DNA from: Octopus vulgaris
Taxonomy: Eukaryota
DNA: 64,000 nucleotides
NCBI GenBank assembly: GCA_951406725.2
Contig: OX597819.1
Span: 25,482,001-25,546,000, forward strand
Reading direction: 5' to 3'
In this document: piece by piece, positions 28,951-40,500 of the stretch
Layout of the letters: the number at the start of each line of letters is the position of its first letter
Position numbering within the stretch: position 1 is the first letter of the stretch
The notes under the pieces: model-generated
The model's input: only the letters and a program-made list of their open reading frames with translations
The model's database searches: none
Told to the model about the DNA's origin: nothing
Position numbers and translations under genes: made by a program

Positions 28951-29104
28951 ATATATACATACATACTTACATACACATGTGTACTTGTGTGTGTAGGTAT
29001 GTGTATGTATGTAAATGTGTATGTGTGTGTTGTTAACTTCTATGCTCAATGTTTAAATTTTCTTTCCTTATAAAATACATTTCGCAGCAGCAGTAGTGTT
29101 AATG

Positions 29105-29105
<1 letters not shown>

Positions 29106-29186
<81 letters not shown>

Positions 29187-29244
29187 CATTATTATGATTA
29201 TGATTATTATTATGATTATGATTATGATTATGATTATTATTATG

Positions 29245-29285
<41 letters not shown>

Positions 29286-29433
29286 CATTATTATGATTAT
29301 GATTATTATTATGATTATGATTATGATTATGATTATGATTATTATTATTATTATTATTATTATTATCATTATTATTATTATGATTATTATGATTATGATT
29401 ATTATTATTATTATGATTATGATTATGATTATG

Positions 29434-29477
<44 letters not shown>

Positions 29478-29529
29478 GATTATTATTATTATGATTATTA
29501 TTATTATTATGATTATGATTATGATTATG

Positions 29530-29573
<44 letters not shown>

Positions 29574-29700
29574 GATTATTATGATTATGATTATTATTAT
29601 TATTATTATGATTATGATGATGATTATGATTATTATTATTATTATTATCATTATTATTATTATTATGATTATTATGATTATGATTATGATTATTATTATG

Positions 29701-29762
<62 letters not shown>

Positions 29763-29885
29763 GATTATGATTATTATTATTATTATGATTATGATTATGA
29801 TTATGATTATTATGATTATTATTATTATTATTATTATTATCATTATTATTATCATCATTATTATTATTAGTAGTAGTAGTAGTCA
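29106..29885. repeat. ~780-bp (ATT/ATG)n trinucleotide array
   Basis: Direct inspection; source of the poly-I/poly-N ORFs. Confidence 0.97.
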
Positions 29886-30665
29886 TTGTTGTAAATTGTC
29901 AGATGTCAATATCATTTCTGGTTGGGCAAACTTGAAGCAAACCTCAAGGGGACCGTGTGCAGTCATCTATCTGCGTTGCTGTTCTTACATAAAACCCAAG
30001 GGGTAAGCAATTGCAAAATTTACTTCACTTTGCGATATATTAGAATCTACTTTCGTTAAGTTTTCATGAGCATATAATTGTATTCACTCTCATAATTTCA
30101 CCCAACGTAGTGTTAGTCTTGGTTTAAGCATTTGCCTTTCTCGTACGTTAGGCCTGAGGGTTGGGGAAAATATTTTTTACGCCTATGAGCGAAATTTGAC
30201 CCAGAACTTAGTGAGTGAAAACATTACCGTAAGGCATTCAGTCCAACATTCTAACTGTTACACCAAGTTTGGTAATTCTTATCGCCTTCGAAAGGATGAA
30301 CAACTAAAATGACCTCTGTGTGATTTGATCTTAGAGCGTAGAGTCAAAAACAAATATCGTTACCTTCTGCCTGTCATATAAATGTATGCAAACCTTTTAA
30401 CATTGATTGATAGTCGGAAAGTAACAGTGGTCATTTGTATTTTGCCTCAATTTTCGTATGTCGTTGCATTGCCTACGTTATATCTGTAAAATCCTCGGAA
30501 AAGGCAGGAAGCTGATACATTTTAATTTTCCCATCCACGAAACTATATGACATTACATCTCTTTCATGAAAAGATTCTTGCAACAATATTTAGAACATTC
30601 CAAGTATATGGCTTTTAAACTACGTGGAAGCTAACAATAACAAGATAATCAAATCGTTGATACTT

Positions 30666-30671
30666 TTTAAT
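30666..30671 (-). promoter_or_regulatory. Possible polyadenylation signal (ATTAAA) of SAXO
   Basis: TTTAAT on + about 130 nt past the stop codon; common hexamer in AT-rich DNA. Confidence 0.3.
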
Positions 30672-30802
30672 ATGCATATTTTATACATGGAATTTATGTG
30701 AGATTAAGTAAAAATTACAATAAGTATCAAAGTTAGAATTCTCTAATGGCAATGAAATCAGATAAATTAATCGTACGAATTCACTGTATTCCTGTGATAA
30801 AC

Positions 30803-32137
30803 TTACGCTGCAGAAATAGGTTTGTAAAGTACATGTCCCGTATCTAATATTTTATCGAACTGTAAAGGTGCATCTTTTGTTCCTAAAAGTGGAACAGGAC
30901 ATACCACTGGTTCCTTGTATATGTATTCGTTTCTGTACAGTGTCCCATCATCAAATGGTTCATTTCCTATCTTTAATGAGTCATCTCGTCGGAAACATTC
31001 AGTTTTTTGAAACGGGAATGGTACATAATCTGCTTTGGTTGCTGAAATACCTTTAAAAGGATTGTCATTGGCTACATACGTATTTTCCTTTCTCAAAGGG
31101 CCACGCGTTATTTCCCACGGTTTGTAGTCTGATTTGTAAACAGTATTTCCAGAAAATACATCGGGGAATAGTTTCACAGTCTTTGGTCGGCAGGTCTCGG
31201 TGGGTACTAATGGTAACTTGCGATAAGCTTGATTGTGACTTGTGACAAAGTCTATTTTACTTTCAGGTTCTTTGTACTTCGGGTACTCATGTAATTTTGG
31301 TTTGGTTGTAGGCCATTCCAGATAATCATCTTTGAATGTAGTTCTGTCTTCAAAAGGTGTTGTAGTTTGATAAGGTGTTTTATCAGGACCATAGTTTTGC
31401 GGGCGGTTTGCTGAATGTCCTTGGTAGTCTCTCATAGTAACAGATAACGAATCTATCGGGACTTCAGGTCGCTTATATTGACTAGTTTCTTTCTTAACCA
31501 TAGTAGGTAACGGATGTTCTATATAAATGTCACGATAATTTGTCATATTAGAAAGTGGTTCCTTTGTAAGATCCGGACTTTTCTGTCTGTAACAGACCGC
31601 TGGTTTTCCTTCTCTGTAGATATAATCTCTCATGCAAGTTGATTCGCCAAGCATTTTCTCCGTTGGTTTTTGCCACGATTTCACTGCATGCTGAAATTTG
31701 GGGCCAAGGTCCCATTGTTTATAATCTGTTTTATAAGTTGGATCTCCGCAGAATTTCCCAGAGGTAATCGGTCGACTGACCTGTCTTATTAGACCAGTAA
31801 GTGGAACGTCTTTTTGTGTATAATCTTTCCTGTAGGAAGTGAGGTTTGCCACTTCTCCAGAAGGTTTTATCCAAGGTTTTTGAATATGTCTCCGTGGTTT
31901 CTCTATGCAATGCGGTTGGAAATCAGTATTATGGATAGTTTTACCATCCATTTTTCCATCGGGCATAGGAGGATATTTTGGTTTGAAAGATTTAACTGGA
32001 TCTCCTTCATGTTCGGTATATTTTGAGGTGTATTCTGTTATGTTACCTTTTGCCTCTCCAGACGGGAAAATAGATGATCTTAGCTTACAGTGATGCTTTC
32101 CGCAAATGCATATATTACAAATACATCGTGAATACAT
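30803..32137 (-). CDS. SAXO: Stabilizer of axonemal microtubules (SAXO1/SAXO2, FAM154 family), 444 aa, single coding exon
   Basis: Only long, compositionally normal ORF. N-terminal CICNICICGKHHC cysteine motif typical of SAXO1/2. Twelve Mn-like repeats ~33-35 aa apart (TEYTSKY, TIHNTDF, TSYRKDY, PTYKTDY, STCMRDY, TNYRDIY, SVTMRDY, TTFKDDY, TSHNQAY, TVYKSDY, SATKADY, TLYRNEY). SAXO1 vs SAXO2 not resolvable by eye. Confidence 0.93.
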   Translation of the reverse strand: MYSRCICNICICGKHHCKLRSSIFPSGEAKGNITEYTSKYTEHEGDPVKSFKPKYPPMPDGKMDGKTIHNTDFQPHCIEKPRRHIQKPWIKPSGEVANLTSYRKDYTQKDVPLTGLIRQVSRPITSGKFCGDPTYKTDYKQWDLGPKFQHAVKSWQKPTEKMLGESTCMRDYIYREGKPAVCYRQKSPDLTKEPLSNMTNYRDIYIEHPLPTMVKKETSQYKRPEVPIDSLSVTMRDYQGHSANRPQNYGPDKTPYQTTTPFEDRTTFKDDYLEWPTTKPKLHEYPKYKEPESKIDFVTSHNQAYRKLPLVPTETCRPKTVKLFPDVFSGNTVYKSDYKPWEITRGPLRKENTYVANDNPFKGISATKADYVPFPFQKTECFRRDDSLKIGNEPFDDGTLYRNEYIYKEPVVCPVPLLGTKDAPLQFDKILDTGHVLYKPISAA

Positions 32138-32715
32138 GTCTTATAATATAAACTGTAAATGACCAACCTTAGATTTTGTGTTTATTTATATTTCATCACT
32201 TCAGGAGCAGTGAAAACTTCGTTTTAGTGAGTATTACGTCATAGAATAACTACGCATAACAAATATTTAAATAAGTAAGGCGTTCGAAAGATCTGCTCCA
32301 CTCACATTTAGAATATTTTCCTTGAAATACTATTCAATAAATATAGTTAATAATATTAGAAAAAAGTGATAATTCCAACGTTTTGATTATGAATTAAATT
32401 CTATACTTGTCATAAACAGTTTGAATTTACAGTTTACACTGAATTTACACTTTTGCCTGTGCCAGTTTAGGAGGAAAAACCTTCCAAAACCGCCAGCGAT
32501 GTATTACTACAACATTGTTTATATATGAATTAGCAACTGATAAAAGGAGAGGGTTGTGAGACATACGATTTTTGTAATGTACAGTCAATCAAGATAATTC
32601 TCAGCAGCCTTTTGCCTAGCTCTGACGAGGTATCAGAGGATTTCTTTTTGTCTAACCAAAGGGTAACATTGTTAGAGCAAACCTATGATTAAATAAACGT
32701 GTTCTAATCGTAATC

Positions 32716-33002
32716 ATGGTGAATGCGCATCTCACATTAGGTAGAGCGTCTGGCTTACAATCATGATGTAGTGAGTTCGATTCCCGGACCGGGCTGTGTT
32801 GTGTTCTTGAGCAAGACATTTTATTTCACCTTGTTCCCGTTCACTCAGCTGTAGAAATGAGTTGCGATTTCACTGCTGCCAAGCTGTAGCGGCCTTTTCC
32901 TTTCTCTTGAATAACATCAGAAGCCCGGACTTGTGCCTCGGAGGGAATTCTCTTCTAGGTGCAATCCCATGGTCATCCATGACCGAAGGGTGTCTTTACC
33001 CT
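32716..33002 (+). mobile_element. tRNA-derived SINE family I
   Basis: B-box GAGTTCGATTCCC; TTGTGTTCTTGAGCAAGAC...CAGCTGTAGAAATGAGT domain; tail shared with 19138. Confidence 0.8.
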
Positions 33003-33499
33003 TTTTTTAAATCGTAATCATATGAGCTTTGTTTCTAGTAACCACCAGCATAATCTAACATGTTCCTCATTTTTTAAATGGGAAACTCCTACTTCAAGAA
33101 TTTTGATCGAATTTCGAGTGAGAGTGAGTGAGAGAGGGGAAGGCGAGTTAGAACGAATAACGGAAGATACTGAGACAAAAGTATTGGGTGACAATGGGTG
33201 AATGTGATATCCAATGGTAGCAGGGTTTATTGTTGCAATAATAGATGAGATATAAATAATGATAAAATGCCAAGCGGTGTGTCTTCTGGCTCTTTACTTT
33301 CTGAGTTCAAAACCTGCCAAGGTCAGTTTTGCCTCTCACACCTGAGTCAATAAAATATAATACTAGTCAAGTACTGAGATCGATGTAATCGATCTGCACT
33401 CTCTTCTCAGAAATTCTAGGCCTTGAACTCTGCAACAGAATGCTGTGATCTCAGTCACCTATACGCCATGGAAACCGGGCAACCGGTCTTATGAGTGCT

Positions 33500-34400
33500 A
33501 GAGCTAGAGAAAAGGAATTAAAATGTCACAGATGTTGGATTGCTCTGTTGAAAGGAACTTTCGCTATCGGAAGGATTTATATTTCTTTTTAATGTTGGGT
33601 AGTGGGGCGAGTGTCCCACTTTTGGTCTCTTATTGAACTTCACAAAAACACAAGAGCTGTCAAGGCTGAAATATTTTCTGGTTATGAAAGAAGTTTGGTT
33701 TTGAGAAGGAAATTTTTTTCTATCATGAATACGAGGTCACCAGGCGAGATAGTCATGGATTTCGAGTTCTAGCATTGTTAATGGCGTTGATCAGTCTTAA
33801 TGGTTTGTCATCCGAGATAATGGAGCATGAAGGAGTTGTTTCATTATTATATGCAATGATTGTGACTTTGACTGTTAAGAAGGTAATATTCCCATGTCCC
33901 TCTCCAGGTTAATGCTTCTGAGATCTTGATGGCAGTAAAGACTTAACGTATGTTTCGTATATCTGCGACACATACGTGAGGAAGAATAGGAAAGAATGGA
34001 AAATGGAGTCATTTGCAAAGTTATAGGTGTTGTGAGAGAAAACTCCACGTTAGTCAGTAATGTAGTAAAGGACATGTGTGGTTGGCATAACCGAATCAGA
34101 GTTGACAGAGTGTAAGTCAGAAAGAATACCACCAACATCGACTGTAACTATAAATCTTACAGAAAAGACGAGAGGCAGGTGACGCCCATAGGAGAAACAT
34201 TAACCAGATCACGCCGCAACAGTCAAACACATTGCAACGGCAATGTTTAGGGTTTAGGGAATACTGTGAGGGATATAATTTAGCCGTTGGTCAGTATGAG
34301 AGGGATGCATTTAAGAATGTGTAGAAAGTAATTGTTGACGATCGATTCCATTAGTTTTACGACCTTTCACGTAGCAATCATAGGTAATATTTGTAAGGGT
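33500..34400 (-). mobile_element. Highly decayed CR1/Jockey-group LINE RT fragment
   Basis: Collinear degenerate motifs on -: VFD, SFL..., FANDS (FADDS), QDLRSI...N..K.Q. Confidence 0.45.
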
Positions 34401-34594
34401 AAGAGATAGGATTTGTTAAAGCAAGATTTTAAGATAAAGATTGAATTCTATACAGAGATAAAATCGAACATTTTAACGAGAGTATGAGAATATGATGTAC
34501 ACTATTTATGGACAACGGAAGAAAAACTATAGTTTGATCAAGGATGATAATAATGACTCAGAACATTTACTGTGATAATAAAGATGATGTCTTA

Positions 34595-35007
34595 TTTCTT
34601 TATTGCCCACAAGGGGCTAAACATAGAGGGGGCAAACAACGACAGGCAAAGGGATTAAGTCGCTTACATCGATCCCAGTGCGTAACTGGTACTTAATTTA
34701 TCGACCCCGAAAGGATAAAAGGCAAAGTCGACCTCAGCGGAATTTGAATTCAGAACGTAGCTGCGGACGAAATACCTATTTTTACTACCCACAAGTGGCT
34801 AAACACAGAGGGGACAAACAAGGACGGATAAACGAATTAAGTCGCTTACATCGATCCCAGTGCGTAACTGGTACTTAATTTATCGAAACCGAAAGGATGA
34901 AAGGCAAAATCGACCTCGGCGGAATTTGAACTCAGAACGTAACGGCAGACGAAATACGGCTACGCATTTCGCCCGGCGTGCTAACGTTTCTGCCAGCTCA
35001 CCGCCTT
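34595..35007 (-). mobile_element. SINE family A dimer within a composite insertion
   Basis: Two A units. 20-bp direct repeat ATAATAAAGATGATGTCTTA at 34575-34594 and 35120-35139. Confidence 0.9.
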
Positions 35008-35036
35008 AAAGTAACACTGGGGTAAAATATACGAAA

Positions 35037-35105
<69 letters not shown>

Positions 35106-35426
35106 CAACAATAATAATAATAATAAAGATGATGTCTTAACATTATAATGATTGTTCCTTGTTTACATATTATCCATTATCTTACAATGTAATTTAAAAG
35201 GGACTATTGTGAAATATCAATCGTTTCTGCGTATATAAATGCTTTAATATGAATGTGTCACCTTATAACTGTTGAAAACGGGCTGCGATGTAGTTCGCTC
35301 ACTAGGTATTACTACACTATAAATCATTTCTTTCAACTTGGAAGAAGGAAATACGCTGAACCGGTTTCATTTAAGGATTGATTTATAACACTAGTTACAA
35401 ATCCGCGCACGCACGCACGCACACAC

Positions 35427-35474
<48 letters not shown>

Positions 35475-36441
35475 TCATACTCAATGAGGAAGAAAACTTA
35501 GAATACCTTAGAATATCCATCCACTTCTATGACTATATTTTATTACTGATAAGTTTGTCTTATGTCATGAACAAAACGTTAAACTGCACTTAGTGGCAAG
35601 GCTCCAGATTGGAAATTCAGAACTTAAGGGGAGTATAAAATTACCCATAGGTTCGTTCTGGCGTTTAATTGTAGCAGTTGTCTAGGGATCTACTTACGGC
35701 TCAAAAGAAGAAAAATGATCTTGTGGTCTTGTGAGTCAGGCATGCAAGCCTCGGAGATATTTGTCGCTCAACACTACGTGGAAATTTCCAGGTGTCATGT
35801 GAACAAGTCCCTCCTGCTCAAGGACTAACCAAGCTGTGTTTCAAGCGTATGTACCTATGTGCAAGAGGTTAACACAGTAAATTTTAAATAAATTAGTAGA
35901 AGACTAAGAGAAGATTATTCAGATTTTAGCGGCGCAGGGGCCCATGATCGCCGAGGCCTGTAGGCATGGAATGTTATTTACATCGGTAAAAGTCGACTGC
36001 AATGGTACTTGAACAACAAATCATCTATTCTAGGACACTCCCGATTATTGCTAGTTATACTAGTATACTAATATACTGATATACTAATATATTTTGCTAA
36101 AAAGTGTTGTAACTTTTATTTAGCCCCATGTATGCTCTGATCAAACCATGTCAAAACCATTTGATAAAATGTAAGCTCGTTCTATCTTTGTGAACAGGAA
36201 ATCGAAAATCCTATTCTCCATCATGGAAGTTTCTAATACGATTTAATGAAAACTGATAGGATTTAACTATTTTTCTAGTAGATCAAGTGACCATGCAGAG
36301 GATTCCTCGTTGATTTTAGAGGCGTGGGTTGTAGATCAAGAATTTAGCTTTTTAGGAAATCCATTTTATTTACGTCATTTAAAACCTTTTAAAATTATAT
36401 TTGATGCTATAATTTGCACTTTACTTTTAGCAATAAGAGAG

Positions 36442-36502
36442 AATGAGAATATATATCTATGATTGTACATGTAATGTACAATCATAGATATATATTCTCA
36501 TT
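36442..36502. repeat. Perfect 29-bp inverted repeat, 3-nt spacer
   Basis: AATGAGAATATATATCTATGATTGTACAT-gta-ATGTACAATCATAGATATATATTCTCATT. Confidence 0.95.
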
Positions 36503-37369
36503 TCTCTCTCATTTTCACTCTCTGTATAAACACTCTATTTTACACTATTTCCTCTCTCTCGGTATAAACACTCTCTTTCACACCATTTCCTCTCTGTTGC
36601 TCTCTTAACATTCTCCGTTTTCCTAACACTAACAATATTATCTCTTTTTTATAATGTTATTGTAAGAACTTTCTATTTTTCTCTGTATTGTACCTCGTCC
36701 TTCCCTCTCTCTCTCAGTCTTTCCCTTTCTCCCTCCTCCTTTCTACCCCCTCACAACCACTCTCTGGTATCATTGTATTCACTTCTTAAAACATTATTAC
36801 TCGCCCACATAGCAACAATATTTCATAAGCAACGTTTCTCTTTACATGTCTATTGAAGCACTTCCTTCTCTATACTCCACACTACACACACATAACACAC
36901 GCAAACACACCCTCTCTATCTATCACCCCCGCCTATATACAAAATAATTCTATCTCAGCGACAGATACACAAAGAAACACATACTAACATCAACTGCTCG
37001 TGTATCATACAGCAAACAATTGCAACATTCAACACGAATTAAAAATGACACTTAAACTATCGACATCTCCTACGTCCCCATCCGCGAATACTACCAACAT
37101 TATCCTATTTAGAGCTATATCAGCCAAATCAACACTAACAACGATATTGTTCGTCAATAATGAAGGCTTTTAAAGTTCGAAATTTACCTATTTATTCATT
37201 AGCGACAGTAAATCCAGGAACAAATTTAAACTGAAAATGACTGATAAAACATCGGTGTAAAGAAAACTGAAATAAATCGAGCATGACACAAATAATCATA
37301 ATAATAGTAATAATAATGATGATGATGATAATAATAATAATAATAATATAATAATAATGATGATGATGA

Positions 37370-37434
<65 letters not shown>

Positions 37435-37463
37435 GTAATAGTAATAATAATAATAATAATAAT

Positions 37464-37718
37464 AAATGGCAGAAATTCAAAAGATAGTGCTCATAGGAAC
37501 TGCTCATATCCTACGCAAAATACTTTCTATGTAATCTCAAGTTTTAAAACAAACATACTTTTGTTTTTAAGCATTCACTAGTACAACACTAAATACAAAA
37601 CCAAATATATGGCACACTAGGCATAACAACAATACGAACTTCCAACTTGTTGTCTCTTGAGGTCTCTGGGTGAGACTTGGAGCCAACTTGTACAAATATA
37701 AAGCAAAAGTCAAACATA
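37464..37718 (+). mobile_element. R4/Dong-type non-LTR retrotransposon 3' end in (TAA)n
   Basis: EIQKIVLIGTAHILRKILSM* (ends 37534) matches the RLE C-terminal QK..L.GTA.ILR..L. 3' UTR GAGGTCTCTGGGTGAGACTTGG. (TAA)n on both sides. Confidence 0.85.
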
Positions 37719-38109
37719 TAATAATAATAATAGTCATAGTCTGATATAATACGATGGAATATAAAAATTCCTTCTTCAGATATTGCTAGGAATTGATCGA
37801 GTCACTACTGCTATAATCGGTTTTCCAACGGTTACTGAAATTTTTTTCGGAAGCGTCTTATGAGAAGTACGGAATTCCTCATGAGAAATGCGTGAGGGTG
37901 GACATGCCTCGAGCTCGTGTGAGTTGGTATATCTACAGCGCTGCTTCTAAGCTATGTATTATACATGCAGTTTTATATATAATACATGAACATGTTATGA
38001 GAAATTAACTTACACGCATCCAGATGTAGCTAAATAATATATCGACTGCTAATTTCCAGCCTGCTATTAATTTGGGGCCCTAGTCTGTCAGTGAGGATAG
38101 CTTCCTTAT

Positions 38110-38516
38110 TTCTTAGATTTCCCAAATTTCAATCATTGGCCTCAATTGTGACTCATGCATTTCTCGGTGTTCCGGCATCTGTCTGGATGTTTTCTGAAGG
38201 AGGAGGCTCTCATGTGCAGATGTACTTTGATGCGAATGTGTAGCATTCTTGTTTTTGCTATCCACATAAAACTTGTTGCATTTGTTACATTGCATTCTAT
38301 ACACAAGATTTACCCTTTGGCATAAATCTGTGTCACGGATGGGGGATTTAGCTAATGTACATTGATTACTGTCCCATGCTCGTTTCTTTGCTAGGTGTCT
38401 TCTCAGAGAAGGGCCAGAGTGGCTAGTTGTATGTCTAATCCATACTCACCACCACAATCATCATCATCATCATCACCATCATCATTATTGTCATTCTTCT
38501 TCTTCTTCTTCTTCTT

Positions 38517-38575
<59 letters not shown>

Positions 38576-38795
38576 CCAACATCCGACGCCTGTTATACAG
38601 TACACCTGATCAAGCAAGTTGAGCCATTTGATTACTGTAAACAAATAATTTTTGCAGTTCGTTCGGCAAAATGTGTGTATATATATATATATATATATGT
38701 TGTACTGTTATCTTCCTGATATGATCACGAAAGGAATGTCTTCTATCCTGCAATGTTAGAAACAGGCTGTAAATGTGAGTTACATCAAGTTTCAT
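38110..38795 (-). mobile_element. Decayed Penelope-like RT thumb + GIY-YIG fragment
   Basis: LDVT...RK.T..Y...P...K...YS thumb-like motif, then NLVYRMQCNKCNKFYV...EH (GIY-YIG with CxxC). Confidence 0.7.
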
Positions 38796-38830
38796 GCACT
38801 AGAGTACAGTAATCGGACGATCGCATATGT

Positions 38831-39190
38831 GGAAGCACTCCGTCGGTTACGACGACGAGGGTTCCGGTTGATCCGATCAACGGAACAGCCTGCTCGTGAA
38901 AGTAACGTGTAAGTGGCTGAGCACTCCACAGACACGTGCACCCTTAACGTAGTTCTCGGGGTGACAAGGCCGGCCCTTTGAAATACAGGTACAACAGAAA
39001 CAGGAAGTAAGTGTGAGAGAAAGTTGTGGTGAAAGAGTACAGCAGGGATCACCACCATCCCCTGCCGGAGCCTCGTGGAGCTTTAGGTGTTTTCGCTCAA
39101 TAAACACTCACAACGCCCGGCCTGGGAATCGAAACCGTGATCCTATGACCGCGAGTCCGCTGCCCTAACCACTGGGCCATTGCGCCTCCA
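38831..39190 (-). mobile_element. SINE family C
   Basis: Family match. TSD CATATGT at 38824-38830 and 39191-39197. Confidence 0.92.
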
Positions 39191-39317
39191 CATATGTATG
39201 CTATTGAACTAGAGAATACTCCCTGCCATCTCTAAGTAAGACACATTCACTCATATAGACCCCATTTTTTCCCTTTAAGTTTTCGTGTTTTTATTGTCGT
39301 TTGCTTTTATTACTCTA

Positions 39318-39487
39318 TCTTTCTGTTTCTGCTGTACCTGTATTTCAAAGGGCCAGCTTCCCGAGAGTTACGTTAAGAGTACACATGTCTGTGGAATGCT
39401 CAGCCACTTGTAAGTTAATTTCACAAGCAGGCTGTTCCGTTGATCGGATCAATTGGTACCCTCGTCGTCGTAACCGACGGACTGCCA
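39318..39487 (+). mobile_element. SINE family C 3' fragment
   Basis: Family match, inverted relative to 38831-39190. Confidence 0.85.
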
Positions 39488-39994
39488 ACAATGTATGTAT
39501 GTATGTGTGAACGCATATATTCGTTATTTAGCGTCGGAAGAAGTAATAGCTTAAATGACTATTCTCTATATCGTATGCTTCGAGAATATACTACAGAAAG
39601 CCAAGAAAAAAGCGGTATCAGTTTCTAGTAAGCACCATATATAAACGTAATAAAGCCAATGAATATAAACGCGGCAATCGAAAACTGTGTAGCAACTGTA
39701 GTGGATTTGCTAGATACGTATTTTCTCTTCTTCGAGCGTCATTAGTAGCTAGCATACGCAAGCAGCCACGTGCTAGCACATATTTAGCTTATACTAATAT
39801 GGAGAAAATAATGACGAAGATAACACCTGTGCTGCGCTCGCTGGCAGGCAAGTTAAAACAACGTTGTTAGCGACGGAAACAATATATTAGCTCAAATTAT
39901 CACTCTGTATACCATACAGTAGATATACTGTAGAAAGTGCAGAAACTGTAGTACTTGTCTTGAAAAATCATTTCGTATACACGTATAGTGACCG

Positions 39995-40192
39995 CGTGTG
40001 CATCGTTGGCGATTTTTTTCCTCCGTCTTCCCTTCCTTGGATCTTTCCCTTTTGTATGTTTCTGACGAAGAACTTCGCTCGAAACGTTAAATCCTCCTTC
40101 TTTCTTTTTTTCCCTGAGCGTCCAATAACACTATACTTGATCCACGTCCTCGCGTTGTGTTTTCTCTTTGTGTTTTCATGTTCGGATTAACT
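39995..40192 (+). mobile_element. Short PLE-type terminal repeat (family E) with minimal hammerhead motif
   Basis: GTTT-CTGACGA-AGAACTTCGCTC-GAAA-CGTT-AAAT at 40058-40092; homologous to the copies at 42811 and 56958. Confidence 0.75.
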
Positions 40193-40193
40193 T

Positions 40194-40500
40194 TCATCAT
40201 CATCATCATCATCGTTTAGCGTCCGTTTTCCATGCTAGCATGGGTTGGACGGTTCAACTGGGGTCTGTGAAGTCAGAAGGCTTCATCAGGCCCAGTCAGA
40301 TCTGGTAGTGTTTCTACGGCTGGATGCCCTTCCTAACGCCAACCACTCCGTGAGTGTAGTGGGTGCTTTTTATGTGCCACCCGCACAGGTGCCAGACAGA
40401 GCTGGCAAACTGCCACGAACGGATGGTGCTTTTTATGTGCCACCGGCACGGGGGCCAGGCGAGGCTGGCAACGGACACGAACGGACGGTGCTTTTTACAT
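40194..40500 (-). mobile_element. Retroposon 3' part with (GAT)n tail and internal ~55-bp repeats
   Basis: (CAT)n on +; AGGAAGGGCATCCAGCCGTAGAAAC motif on -; three GGTGCTTTTTA(T/C) units. Family assignment uncertain. Confidence 0.6.

Noticed and set aside
29046-30006. 270-aa poly-I/poly-N/IM ORFs
   Set aside because: Translations of the (ATT/ATG)n array.
30868-32093. Short plus-strand ORFs overlapping SAXO
   Set aside because: Antisense shadows of the real CDS.
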